Below, piece after piece: positions 49,260 to 58,139 of a DNA stretch of 64,000 nt (the first letter of the stretch is position 1; every line of letters starts with the position of its first letter). The notes beneath the pieces were generated by a model. It was not told the origin of the DNA. It saw only the letters and a program-made list of their open reading frames with translations, and did no database searches. The position numbers were made by a program, and so were the translations under genes. This DNA is from Bryobacterales bacterium. GTDB taxonomy: Bacteria > Cyanobacteriota > Vampirovibrionia > Obscuribacterales > Obscuribacteraceae. The stretch is from NCBI GenBank assembly GCA_963834525.1, contig CAWICA010000002.1, positions 36,666 through 100,665 of the forward strand, given 5' to 3'.

Positions 49260-50844
49260 CTACTTTTGACTCAAGCTTGACGGCTCAACGCGATTGGAGA
49301 ACTTGCGAATTCTATTTTTAACACGCCTGGCCGTATGCATAAAAAGCGAGCGAACTGAAGGTCTACTGCCAGCTACTAGCTGTTGTGCCTGCCTCAGACC
49401 ATCATCCAATCCTGCCTCGTACCCTTCTTTCCAGACTCTGGAGAGATGACCGAGTACCATTTCGCCCATGTTCTTGACCAGATTTGTCGCGTCAATTGCA
49501 TTGTCGACCCTACCAGGTGAATCGGGCTGCTCGGCGTAAATAGCCATGGTGGCCGGCTGTTCGAGCATAGCCGAGATCATTCCGGCCATTACTTGAAAGG
49601 AATGATTCGGACCGGTGCGTACTTTGAACTTTTCAATTGCCTGTTGATAGACCTGAATAGACTGCTCTGCCACCAGGCGAGGATTACAAGCCGAAAGTAC
49701 ATGCTGCCGCCCTTGCGCTTTTATTTTGGTTCTAAGAGCATCGTCTGCGGCTAAATGTATTATTCCGGCCGCTGAGATCTTGTGGGGAATTCGGCTGCAC
49801 AAGCCATGCTGTCTCACCATGTTTATGATATTCAGGTAGCCCACCAACTGCGGTGGCAACAACTACTCCTCCATACGATACTGCTTCCAGACATGCGTAT
49901 CCGGCAGTTTCATATTTTGAAGGAAAGACACAGATGTCCGCGTCAACTACATTTTGCTTGATCTGTTCCCGAGAAACTCGTCCAATAAATTCGACGTTCG
50001 CAGCCAAGCCCATTTTCTTTAGCTCTGCCCGCATCACCTCGGCATAGCTGATCTCCTTCCCGTATTCCACCGATTCGCTACCAGCAATTGTCAGTTTAAA
50101 CTTTGGAAAACGTTTGGCAATTACAGGCAGGCTGTCGAGCAATAGATCCGCTCCTTTCTGTCTTGTCACTTGCCCGAAACAGAAAAGACGCGGAAATATA
50201 TCTTCGTTGGGATCTACAGAGCGTGCAGGTACAGCTTCTGGCGGTGACAATGGAACATGGATGATTTGAAAATCTTCCAATGCCCGGCCGCATTTGACGC
50301 TGGCGCGCCTGGCAACGTCTAAGGCGCAGGCGACCAGACAGTCTGCTTCGGCGATTGTTGCCTGCTCTAGAACTTCTACCAGTTCTGTGTCAATCCAAGT
50401 AGATTTGCCTATGTCACCACTCCTCATCAGGTGAGCGAGCGGACCGTAACTGCGCACAACCAGTGGAAACTTGTGTTCCCGCGCATAGAAGAAGGCCAGA
50501 CCGTTATATTCTTGTGAATCAATAACATCCGGCTGAAATTCTTGAACGAAAGCAGAGAATTTTGCATGGAGCTGGCGTGCCTCCGCTGCAATTTGCGTAA
50601 ACTGAGGCAAACGCAAGCCTCTACTCCAGACAGTTTCAGGAACAAATCGCACCTGGCGAACATTGATCCCGTCTAGATCATATATTCCGTCGGCTCCATA
50701 ACGATCGAACGGATTGGCGAAACTGAGGACCGCCACTTCATGACCCAGTTTTCGCAGTCCCTGAGCCAACCCTGTATGCGCAGGCATCAAAGGATCCTCT
50801 GAGGCCTTCGTCGGAAATGTGTTGCAAATGATCAGAATTCGCAT
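49260..50844 (-). pseudogene. GT4 glycosyltransferase with a C-terminal extension, interrupted by a frameshift near 49768-49777
   Basis: ORF 49732-50844 carries 'MRILIICNTF', 'FPSKYETAGYACLEAVSYGGVVVATAVGGLPEYHKHGETAWLVQPNSPQDL' and then runs into a short out-of-frame tail. The expected continuation 'AAGIIHLAADDALRTKIKAQGRQHVLSACNPRLVAEQSIQVYQQAIE' is in the frame of ORF 49260-49862. Confidence 0.75.
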
Positions 50845-50857
50845 ATCCCACTCTCAC

Positions 50858-51937
50858 TTAGAAACGCTGGCAGATTTTCTCGAAGCTTTCTATCGAACCA
50901 ATGTCCACCCATTCCTCTCTCAATGGGAACGCGCATGTTTTGCCATTCTGGATCATCAGTTGCTCAAATAAGGATGGCATGTCATATGCACCCTGCTCGG
51001 GTAACAAGGCGAGTACCTCTGGCTGAAGAACATACATTCCAGCATTGATAAACGAGACATGCGTAGGTTTTTCGCGGATATTCGTCAGCATCTCTCCGTT
51101 CGTTTCCACGACACCATAAGGAATCTTCCACTCATAGGGAGCAACGGCCATCGTCGCGTCAGCTCGATGTACTTTGTGATACTCGAGCATTCTGACAACT
51201 GGCAGCTGAGTCTCGCTAAAAAGATCACCATTCATGACGACAATAGGACTGTGCGGAAATTCCGGCAACAAGCGCAGGGAACCGGCAGTCCCCAACATGT
51301 CTTTCTCTCGCAAATATTTTATTTCCGCACCCCAGCGAGAACCATCACCAAAAAACTCCTCGATCAGTTCAGCTTTGTAGTTCACCGAAAAATACAAGTT
51401 CTTAAAGCGCTGTTCGATCAAGGATTCTAACGTTCTTTCCAACAAAGGCTTACCACCAACCTTCAAGAGCGGCTTTGGACAATGATCGGTCAATGGACGC
51501 AAGCGATTGCCGTTGCCACCGAGCATAAGAATGACCGGGATGAGCCCCACGCCAGAATTAGCCGAAAGGTGTTCGACCGCTTCGGGTCGTCCAGCGGCAT
51601 CGAGCTTAACAACTACCCCTTCGCGCGTACGGAAGTTCTTGAGTTCGACGCGACCCGATGGTGGACTCAAAACTTTTTGCACCGACCGAACCGTATTTGC
51701 GCAACTGCTTAGAGCGCTGGCGATCGAATCCTGCGGAGAAACCCCCTGCAAAATCAATTTTCGCATCGTTGTATCGGCAAGCACCGTTACGAACTCGCCG
51801 AAATTGTTCACCACTACTGAGAACCCGCACTCAGTATCGTCAATCATAGCCAATGCGTCGCCAACGGTTGCGGAGTCGGCAATGATATGTTTCTGCCATT
51901 GTTCCATCGATAATTCCTGCGAAATTTGCTTAGACAT
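50858..51937 (-). CDS. CBS-domain-containing sugar-phosphate nucleotidyltransferase
   Basis: The N-terminal 120 aa or so look like a CBS pair. Then comes 'VILMLGGNGNRLRPLTDHCPKPLLKVGGKPLLERTLESL' (NTP-transferase G-x-G-x-R-L motif) and 'GTAGSL'. Confidence 0.75.
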   Translation of the reverse strand: MSKQISQELSMEQWQKHIIADSATVGDALAMIDDTECGFSVVVNNFGEFVTVLADTTMRKLILQGVSPQDSIASALSSCANTVRSVQKVLSPPSGRVELKNFRTREGVVVKLDAAGRPEAVEHLSANSGVGLIPVILMLGGNGNRLRPLTDHCPKPLLKVGGKPLLERTLESLIEQRFKNLYFSVNYKAELIEEFFGDGSRWGAEIKYLREKDMLGTAGSLRLLPEFPHSPIVVMNGDLFSETQLPVVRMLEYHKVHRADATMAVAPYEWKIPYGVVETNGEMLTNIREKPTHVSFINAGMYVLQPEVLALLPEQGAYDMPSLFEQLMIQNGKTCAFPLREEWVDIGSIESFEKICQRF

Positions 51938-52940
51938 TATAGACGTGTGGCTTGTAGGCGCTGAGATTTTCCTTCATCAGGAACCAGTCAACAGTTTCCC
52001 TTAGTCCCCTTCTTAATCCTTCAACTCCGCCGTATTCGGGAGTCCAATCTAAAATGGCCTTGGCTTTTCGGTTATCCGCAAGCAATCTGGTCACTTCGCT
52101 TTTTTCCGGACGCAGCCGAGCGCTATCGGTTTCCACAGCAATTTTGGCACCCATTACTTGAGCAATTAGGTTAACAGTGTCACCGATAGAAATCTCGAAT
52201 CCGGAACCAATGTTAATCACTTCACCATTGGATTGTTGACTCTCTGCTGCCGCAATGAATCCCCGAACAGTGTCGAGAACATAGTTAAAGTCGCGGGTTG
52301 GACTGAGCGATCCGAGCTTGATCGTGCTCTGTCCGCTGGCGATTTGAATAATTGTAGCTGGAATAATCGCCCGGGCAGACTGGCGCGGTCCGTAAGTGTT
52401 AAATGGCCTGATGATCGTGACCGGCGTAGCGAAGGAATTGTAAAAAGAGAGAGCGAGCTGATCGGCACCAATTTTGGTGGCAGAGTATGGGGACTGTCCT
52501 TGTAAGGGATGATCCTCGCTAATCGGAATCACTTTCGCCGAGCCGTACACTTCGCTCGTTGAAGTGTGAACCACTACTTTCGACGCCAAGATCACGGGCT
52601 GCTTCCAAAATGTTGAGAGTACCTCGAATATTCGTCTCAACAAATGAGCCGGGGGCCTGATATGAAAAGGAATAGCGATCAGAGCGGCAAGATGTAAAAC
52701 TATGTCTGAGCCACGCATTGCATTCTTCACACAATAGGCATCTCTGATATCGCCGCTGACAGCTTCGATCTCGCTTTTAACTTCAGCTGGGCAATAATCC
52801 AGATTGCCCCACGAATTATATGAGTTGTAGCAAATGAATGCTCGCACCTTGTAGCCGCGTCGCACCAGCTGCTCGGTGAGATGAGAGCCGATAAACCCAT
52901 CTGCGCCTGTAACCAGGATTGTTTTATCTTGCGAAGACAT
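51930..52940 (-). CDS. NAD-dependent nucleotide-sugar epimerase/dehydratase (extended SDR); ORF intact but contains a compensated double frameshift
   Basis: 'ILVTGADGFIGSHL', 'HTSTSEVYG', 'SPYSATKIGADQL', 'IRPFNTYGPRQSARAIIP'. Residues 'FHIRPPAHLLRRIFEVLSTFWKQPVILASK' are non-canonical. The overlapping same-strand frame (ORF 52519-52734) encodes the expected 'FSYQAPGSFVETNIRGTLNILEAARDLGVE'. Confidence 0.8.
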   Translation of the reverse strand: MSSQDKTILVTGADGFIGSHLTEQLVRRGYKVRAFICYNSYNSWGNLDYCPAEVKSEIEAVSGDIRDAYCVKNAMRGSDIVLHLAALIAIPFHIRPPAHLLRRIFEVLSTFWKQPVILASKVVVHTSTSEVYGSAKVIPISEDHPLQGQSPYSATKIGADQLALSFYNSFATPVTIIRPFNTYGPRQSARAIIPATIIQIASGQSTIKLGSLSPTRDFNYVLDTVRGFIAAAESQQSNGEVINIGSGFEISIGDTVNLIAQVMGAKIAVETDSARLRPEKSEVTRLLADNRKAKAILDWTPEYGGVEGLRRGLRETVDWFLMKENLSAYKPHVYNV

Positions 52941-53006
52941 TGCTGATTGTTACCTACTTTATCTGCGGATGGGTGCTGAGCATGATATCAGAGGAGAAAA
53001 CTTGCC

Positions 53007-54257
53007 TTAATACTGCGAGGATGTTGCCAATACCGATCGGCCGACCGCTCGCTCCACAATTCCCCAAAATTCACGCTGCGCATACTGGCGTGAAAATTGC
53101 TCACTGGCGATCCTGGCGCGTTCGACCACACGGCTACGAAGGTCTGAATCGCTGCTTAGCCTTTTAACAGCTTCGGCGAGTTCACTGGCATCGTTCACAA
53201 CCAGACCACACTCCTGCTTTTTGAAGAATTGACTAACGAAGGCGTCTTCCGGCGCATGAACGAGGACCGGTACACCACTGGCCAAATATTCGCCCATCTT
53301 CTGTGGTGACGCGGTCTTCAAGACATGGCGCATATCCAACTGAAAAGCCAATGGTAATAACAATATGTCGGCTTCTTGCTGAATCTTGTAGACTTCGTTC
53401 CCTTCGACATAATCGTGGAAGACCAGGCATTCAGAGGCAACTCCTTGAGTTTGCACGTATTCGGCGCTTTGCGCAGTGTAGACATGCAACTCAAATTCAC
53501 CTGGCGATTGCTCGAGCGCTCTGAGAAAATTGCAAATGGCATCGGCCTGGGCGAAGTACAGTGAGCCGGTGTAAACGATGCGAATGGGTTTTCGCTGACC
53601 GCATTCTACTGAACTGCCTGACCCGAACGCCAACGGACTAATCGAATTGCGAACGACACGCGGGCGAATTCGTTCTCGCTCAAAAAATCCATCCGCGAGG
53701 AGTTCATTGGGAGCAATCAGCCCTTTGGCCAGCCTCGCCCAAACTCGCTCAAATAACAATGCCATTGTTCTGAATCGTCCCGGGCCCCACTGCATGACTG
53801 GATCATCGAACATGTAAACGATGAATGGAATCCTCAGCTTCAGGCTCGCATAACAAACGGCGGGAATATCTAACCGACTCCCCGAGCAGGCAATCAGGAT
53901 CTCGGGATTAAAGCTCCTGGCAAAATGGCAGATCTCGTTAGCGCGCTTTCTGATTTCCAATAGCATTTCAGACGCTGTCTGCCAGCGGCTCTTGAACGTC
54001 CCAGTGATCTTTTCGTTGCTAAATACCGGCATCGACAAGTGTTCGTACCTGGCGGTTGATAGCTCTCCAGCTCTCTTTCTCGTCGTTCCCTGGTCGTCGG
54101 AAATAAACAACGTGTTGTCGCTGGTACTACCTTCAAATAGATGTCCCAATACCGTTGCCTGCCCAGTCGGCGAGGGGGGCACTGACGTGGAAACTACGAC
54201 CGTCCTCGGTCGAAGCAATTTCTTTGGAGCGGTCAACGTTTGCATCGTCGCTACCAA
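53007..54257 (-). CDS. Putative GT-B-fold (GT4-like) glycosyltransferase
   Basis: 416-aa ORF. 'IRIVYTGSLYFAQADAICNFLRAL', 'EADILLLPLAF..LKTASPQKMGEYLASGVPVLVHAPEDAFVSQFFKKQECGLVV' has a GT-B C-terminal domain layout. Confidence 0.5.
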   Translation of the reverse strand: MVATMQTLTAPKKLLRPRTVVVSTSVPPSPTGQATVLGHLFEGSTSDNTLFISDDQGTTRKRAGELSTARYEHLSMPVFSNEKITGTFKSRWQTASEMLLEIRKRANEICHFARSFNPEILIACSGSRLDIPAVCYASLKLRIPFIVYMFDDPVMQWGPGRFRTMALLFERVWARLAKGLIAPNELLADGFFERERIRPRVVRNSISPLAFGSGSSVECGQRKPIRIVYTGSLYFAQADAICNFLRALEQSPGEFELHVYTAQSAEYVQTQGVASECLVFHDYVEGNEVYKIQQEADILLLPLAFQLDMRHVLKTASPQKMGEYLASGVPVLVHAPEDAFVSQFFKKQECGLVVNDASELAEAVKRLSSDSDLRSRVVERARIASEQFSRQYAQREFWGIVERAVGRSVLATSSQY

Positions 54258-54340
54258 CGTCTAGAGATAAGGCGAGGTCTGAATTCGGTAATGTACACTG
54301 GGCATTGCCAAGCGTTCATGAAGTATCTCTCAATCAATAG

Positions 54341-54380
54341 TAAATATTAAGGGTGAATATTAAGCGATGATTATTAAGCG
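54341..54380. repeat. Three imperfect tandem repeats of 13-14 bp in an intra-operon intergenic spacer
   Basis: taaatattaaggg / tgaatattaagcg / atgattattaagcg. They lie between the stop at 54412 and the next start at 54257 on the minus strand. Confidence 0.6.
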
Positions 54381-54411
54381 GCTCTTCGCTAGACTGTCCA
54401 TGTACTGAAAG

Positions 54412-56730
54412 TCAAATACAGACCTTTTCTGCCAGTTTCTTAGAGCGCACAAGCAGCGATCGATAGCAATCGATCATTCTCTGCTCGCTAAAATTCTTTC
54501 TGACGCTTTCGTATGCACCAGCACCCAAACGCTTCGTCAAATCGCGATTATCAATTAGCCTCTGAATAATCGCGCAGAACTGATCAAGATTCCCCGGCTC
54601 GACTAAAAAGCCGTTCTCTCCATTGCGAATCATGATCGGAATTGAGCCGACGCTGGTGGCAACAACCGGCTTTCCATAAACCTGAGCATGTAATACGACT
54701 AGCGGCTGCCCATCATCGAGCGATGGAACCACCACCACATCTGATACCGAGACGAGCGGATCGACACTTTCGACAAAACCAGGCATGAAAATGCGTGCGC
54801 GCAAGTCAAATCGATCGATAAGACTCTCCACCCTGTCTCTCTCTGGTCCGTCACCAACCATAGAAAAGAAAACATTTGGCTGATCCTTCAACTGGTTAAC
54901 TATACGAACAAACATGGACGGATCTTTCTCTGGTGAGAGGCGGCCGAAAAAGGACACAACAAATTTTCCCGCTGCATCTGCCGGTAGAGCGCTTCGTCCC
55001 TTAATCACAGACCGCTCGATTTCAAGTTCTGTCGGTATGCGAATACCATGAGGCACCACATGTACCTTGTCGGTAACGTCTTTCAGTCCTGAGCGCAACT
55101 TGCCAGCCAATATTTCTGAAGGCACCACCGTTGCATCGACATATTGATGCAATTTCTGATTGCTCAACATATGCTTGCCATCATTGAATTGCTGATCGAT
55201 CACATTTATCGATGGATAGCATTGCTTGATCTCGGGCAGTAAATCGTAGCCCAATGTGCTACCAATCAAGAACACGTTGCCAAATCGTTCTCGCTCGATC
55301 AAGTCCAAAAGCTGCTTTTTTCGTTGATTGTCATCTGCAGACAATTCAGGCAACTTAAGGACCGAACAGCCTAGCACCTCAAACATAGGCGCACAGTCAC
55401 CCATGTTGGGTAGCACATCTCTAGTTGTCACAGCACTAAACCTGTAAACCGGCGTCAGTGCTTTTATCAAAGCAGTGAACAACGTTTGAAAGCCGCCGAC
55501 TGGCAACCAGGGGAAAACGAAAAGAACCTTGTCGCAATGTAGGGGCAAATCTGTACCGCTACCGTTTTTGCCCTCAAACAATTGCACAAACTGCTTGTTG
55601 ATTACCTTTTCGTCAAATGTGGAGGCGCAAATCTCAAATCCTCTTGTCCCCAATTGCTTAGCTAGATCCGGGCGCTTACACAAATCAGCTATCTTTGCCG
55701 AGAAGCCATCGAGATCCCCCGGTTCAACTAAATAGCCGTTCACACCATCGATAACCATCGTCGAAATTTGGCCAACGTTCGAGGCAATCACAGGTTTTGA
55801 GTGCGTGAGAGCATGCAGCACAATCAGCGGTTGTCCGTCTGTTACTGAGGGAACAACAAGGACATCCGATGCCGCCACAAGAGGGTCTACTTTTTCCACA
55901 AAACCGGAAACGTAGATTCTGTTCTGCAGATCCAACTCGTCGATTAGTTTGACCACTTCCGCCTTTTCCGGTCCATCACCTACCAGACAGAAGAAGCAAT
56001 CAGAAACATCTCGCAAGCGTTCAACGATACGCACAAAAAACAAGGCATTTTTTTCTGGCGACAGACGCGCAAGAAATGACACGACAAACTTTCCTTTCGC
56101 CGCATCCGGCAGTTGTCGCTTGCCGGAAGCTAAAGCTTGTGCTCGCTCGCTGGCGGAGGGTATGGCTATGCCACAGGGGATGACCACGATCTTGGTTTGG
56201 ATCTCGTTTACACCTTGCCTCAATTGAGCGGCGATGGTTTCACTGGGAACGATCGTTGTATCGATGAAGCCGTTCAGTGCTTGATTCTTTTTCATGTGCT
56301 TGCCATCGTCCCACAATTCATCAATGACATCGATTTCGGGATGTCGACATTTAATCTCCGGCAGCAAATCGTAAGCCATGGTACAACCGACGATGATCAG
56401 ATGATTGAATTTACCTCTTTCAACCAGATCGACAAACAACTTAGACCGCTCTTCATCAGTCTTGGCCAGATTAGGGAGATGCTCGACCTTACAACCAATG
56501 GACTCGAAGGCTTGAGTTCTGTCTCCCATATTGGGCATGGGATCGCGGGTGGTGACAACTGTAAAGTGAGTACCGGACATGTCCTTAATACGTCCTGAGT
56601 AGAGCGTTTCCACGCCGCTTACTGGCAGCCAAGGAAGCGCCAAAAGTACTTTTCGGCTGCGGGTCCCGAGATCCTCACTTTGATTGGATCGTTTGGAAAA
56701 TATCTTCTCTAAAAATCGCATGAGCAGCAT
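54412..56730 (-). CDS. Tandem double-GT4 glycosyltransferase (two complete GT-B modules in one polypeptide, WbdA-like architecture)
   Basis: 772-aa ORF. The halves are mutually homologous ('KVLLALPWLPVSGVETLYS..VVTTRDPMPNMGDRTQAFESIGCKVEHLPNL' vs 'KVLFVFPWLPVGGFQTLFT..AVTTRDVLPNMGDCAPMFEVLGCSVLKLPEL'). Each half ends in 'SPEK..F..IV..L' and 'VPS..DGQPLVVLHA...KPV(I/V)A(S/T)'. Confidence 0.8.
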   Translation of the reverse strand: MLLMRFLEKIFSKRSNQSEDLGTRSRKVLLALPWLPVSGVETLYSGRIKDMSGTHFTVVTTRDPMPNMGDRTQAFESIGCKVEHLPNLAKTDEERSKLFVDLVERGKFNHLIIVGCTMAYDLLPEIKCRHPEIDVIDELWDDGKHMKKNQALNGFIDTTIVPSETIAAQLRQGVNEIQTKIVVIPCGIAIPSASERAQALASGKRQLPDAAKGKFVVSFLARLSPEKNALFFVRIVERLRDVSDCFFCLVGDGPEKAEVVKLIDELDLQNRIYVSGFVEKVDPLVAASDVLVVPSVTDGQPLIVLHALTHSKPVIASNVGQISTMVIDGVNGYLVEPGDLDGFSAKIADLCKRPDLAKQLGTRGFEICASTFDEKVINKQFVQLFEGKNGSGTDLPLHCDKVLFVFPWLPVGGFQTLFTALIKALTPVYRFSAVTTRDVLPNMGDCAPMFEVLGCSVLKLPELSADDNQRKKQLLDLIERERFGNVFLIGSTLGYDLLPEIKQCYPSINVIDQQFNDGKHMLSNQKLHQYVDATVVPSEILAGKLRSGLKDVTDKVHVVPHGIRIPTELEIERSVIKGRSALPADAAGKFVVSFFGRLSPEKDPSMFVRIVNQLKDQPNVFFSMVGDGPERDRVESLIDRFDLRARIFMPGFVESVDPLVSVSDVVVVPSLDDGQPLVVLHAQVYGKPVVATSVGSIPIMIRNGENGFLVEPGNLDQFCAIIQRLIDNRDLTKRLGAGAYESVRKNFSEQRMIDCYRSLLVRSKKLAEKVCI

Positions 56731-56742
56731 CTGATCAATAAA

Positions 56743-56769
56743 TTCAGTAAGTTCAGTAAGTTCAGTAAA
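56743..56769. repeat. 3 x 9-bp perfect or near-perfect tandem repeat (TTCAGTAAG) 13 nt upstream of the start of the double-GT4 gene
   Basis: ttcagtaag ttcagtaag ttcagtaaa at 56743-56769. It lies in the divergent intergenic region 56731-56897, which also holds a consensus TATAAT at 56824-56829 (+ orientation, toward wecE). Confidence 0.9.
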
Positions 56770-56897
56770 TTAACGGCTTCCGGCCTGGACAGTCGCGTCG
56801 TCCGGCGGTTCTATTCCATGTTTTATAATCCGCAAATGCTATCATCTTGCATTAGCTTGCTATTACGACTCCGGACACGAGTGATTTTCTCCCAGCC

Positions 56898-58124
56898 ATG
56901 ACCGATCTTGTCTCCCCCACTCTAAGAAAGCATGGAGTTTCGGTCGAGATTCCGTTTACCAGAGCTTATCTGACCGGTAATGAGACTTTTTACATAAATC
57001 AAGCGCTTGCCGGCAACCACCTTTGCGGCAACGGTAAGTTCACAGACAACTGCCACAACTGGTTCAAAAAGCAAATCGGCAGCCCGGCTGCGTTTCTCAC
57101 ACACTCCGGCACAACGGCTTTGGAAATGTCTGCTCTATTAGCGGATCTTCATCCAGGCGATGAAGTGATCATGCCCTCGTTCACATTCGTAACAACAGCA
57201 TCGGCATTCGCCTTGCGCGGCGCAGTGCCAATTTTTATCGATATCAGAGAAGACAATTTAAATCTTGACGAGAATTTGATCGCCCAAGCGATTACTGCCA
57301 AAACGAAGGCGATCGTGCCTATGCATTATGCCGGCACCGCTTGCGAAATGGATACAATCCTGAGCATCGCCAGGAAGAACGACCTGATGGTTATCGAAGA
57401 CGCAGCCCACGGCTTGATGTCTTATTATCACGAGCGACCGCTCGGCAGCTTTGGTCAATTAGCGGCATTTAGCTTTCACGAGACAAAGAACATCGTCTCT
57501 GGGGAAGGCGGTGTGCTGATGGTCAATGATGAAAATCTCATCGATCGAGCGTTCACGATTTGGGAAAAGGGCACCAATCGACGTGAATTTTTCCTGGGCA
57601 AAGTCGATAAATACACGTGGCGAGAGCTTGGTTCTTCATTCTTGCCGTCTGAGATGACAGCGGCTTTCCTCTGGGCGCAACTCGAGCAAGCTGAATTCAT
57701 TACAAAAAGACGGCGTGAAGTTTGGAAAATGTATCACCAACTTCTTCAACCACTGGAAGAACGAGCGCTCTTACGCCGGCCAATTTACAAAGACGATTCA
57801 TCAATCAACGGCCACATTTATTACTTGATTTTGCCCACTCAAGAAAAGCGCGACGGGCTTCTATCGCACCTTTCTAAAGCGGGGATTGAAGCGGTTTTTC
57901 ATTATTTGCCTTTGCATAACTCAGTCGCAGGACAAAAGTTTGGCAAGTCTTGTGGCACGCTAGCCAATACAGACAGATTGAGTGCATGCTTGTTGCGACT
58001 GCCAATCTGGGTCGGTTTGTCGGACGGGCAAATCGATCGCGTAGTGGCATTGATCAAGGAATATCTTGGATACGAAGCTACTCCTTCCGTAAAGACCGGC
58101 AAGCGCGCGATCACAGTCGATTAA
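56898..58124 (+). CDS. wecE: dTDP-4-keto-6-deoxyhexose 4-aminotransferase (WecE/RffA family)
   Basis: It aligns by eye with E. coli WecE from the N-terminus: 'IPFTRAYLTGNETFYINQALAGNHLCGNGKFTDNCHNWFKKQIGSPAAFLTHSGTTALEMSALLADLHPGDEVIMPSFTFVTTASAFALRGAVPIFIDIREDNLNLDE' and 'FSFHETKNIVSGEGGVLMVND'. Confidence 0.85.
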   Translation: MTDLVSPTLRKHGVSVEIPFTRAYLTGNETFYINQALAGNHLCGNGKFTDNCHNWFKKQIGSPAAFLTHSGTTALEMSALLADLHPGDEVIMPSFTFVTTASAFALRGAVPIFIDIREDNLNLDENLIAQAITAKTKAIVPMHYAGTACEMDTILSIARKNDLMVIEDAAHGLMSYYHERPLGSFGQLAAFSFHETKNIVSGEGGVLMVNDENLIDRAFTIWEKGTNRREFFLGKVDKYTWRELGSSFLPSEMTAAFLWAQLEQAEFITKRRREVWKMYHQLLQPLEERALLRRPIYKDDSSINGHIYYLILPTQEKRDGLLSHLSKAGIEAVFHYLPLHNSVAGQKFGKSCGTLANTDRLSACLLRLPIWVGLSDGQIDRVVALIKEYLGYEATPSVKTGKRAITVD

Positions 58125-58139
58125 CATGAGGATAGTAAG

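Noticed and set aside
51930-52940. The SDR at 51930-52940, considered as the missing GDP-mannose 4,6-dehydratase partner of fcl.
   Set aside because: It lacks the Gmd-type N-terminal signature I recall (ITGQDGSYL...SSFNTxRIxH). It looks like a generic dTDP/UDP-hexose dehydratase or epimerase-type SDR coupled to the CBS-nucleotidyltransferase.
56743-56769. The tandem micro-repeats at 54341, 56743 and 63262, considered as possible CRISPR or minisatellite arrays.
   Set aside because: The repeats are directly adjacent with no spacers. There are only three copies of each, with units of 9-15 bp. No cas genes are present. This is not CRISPR.
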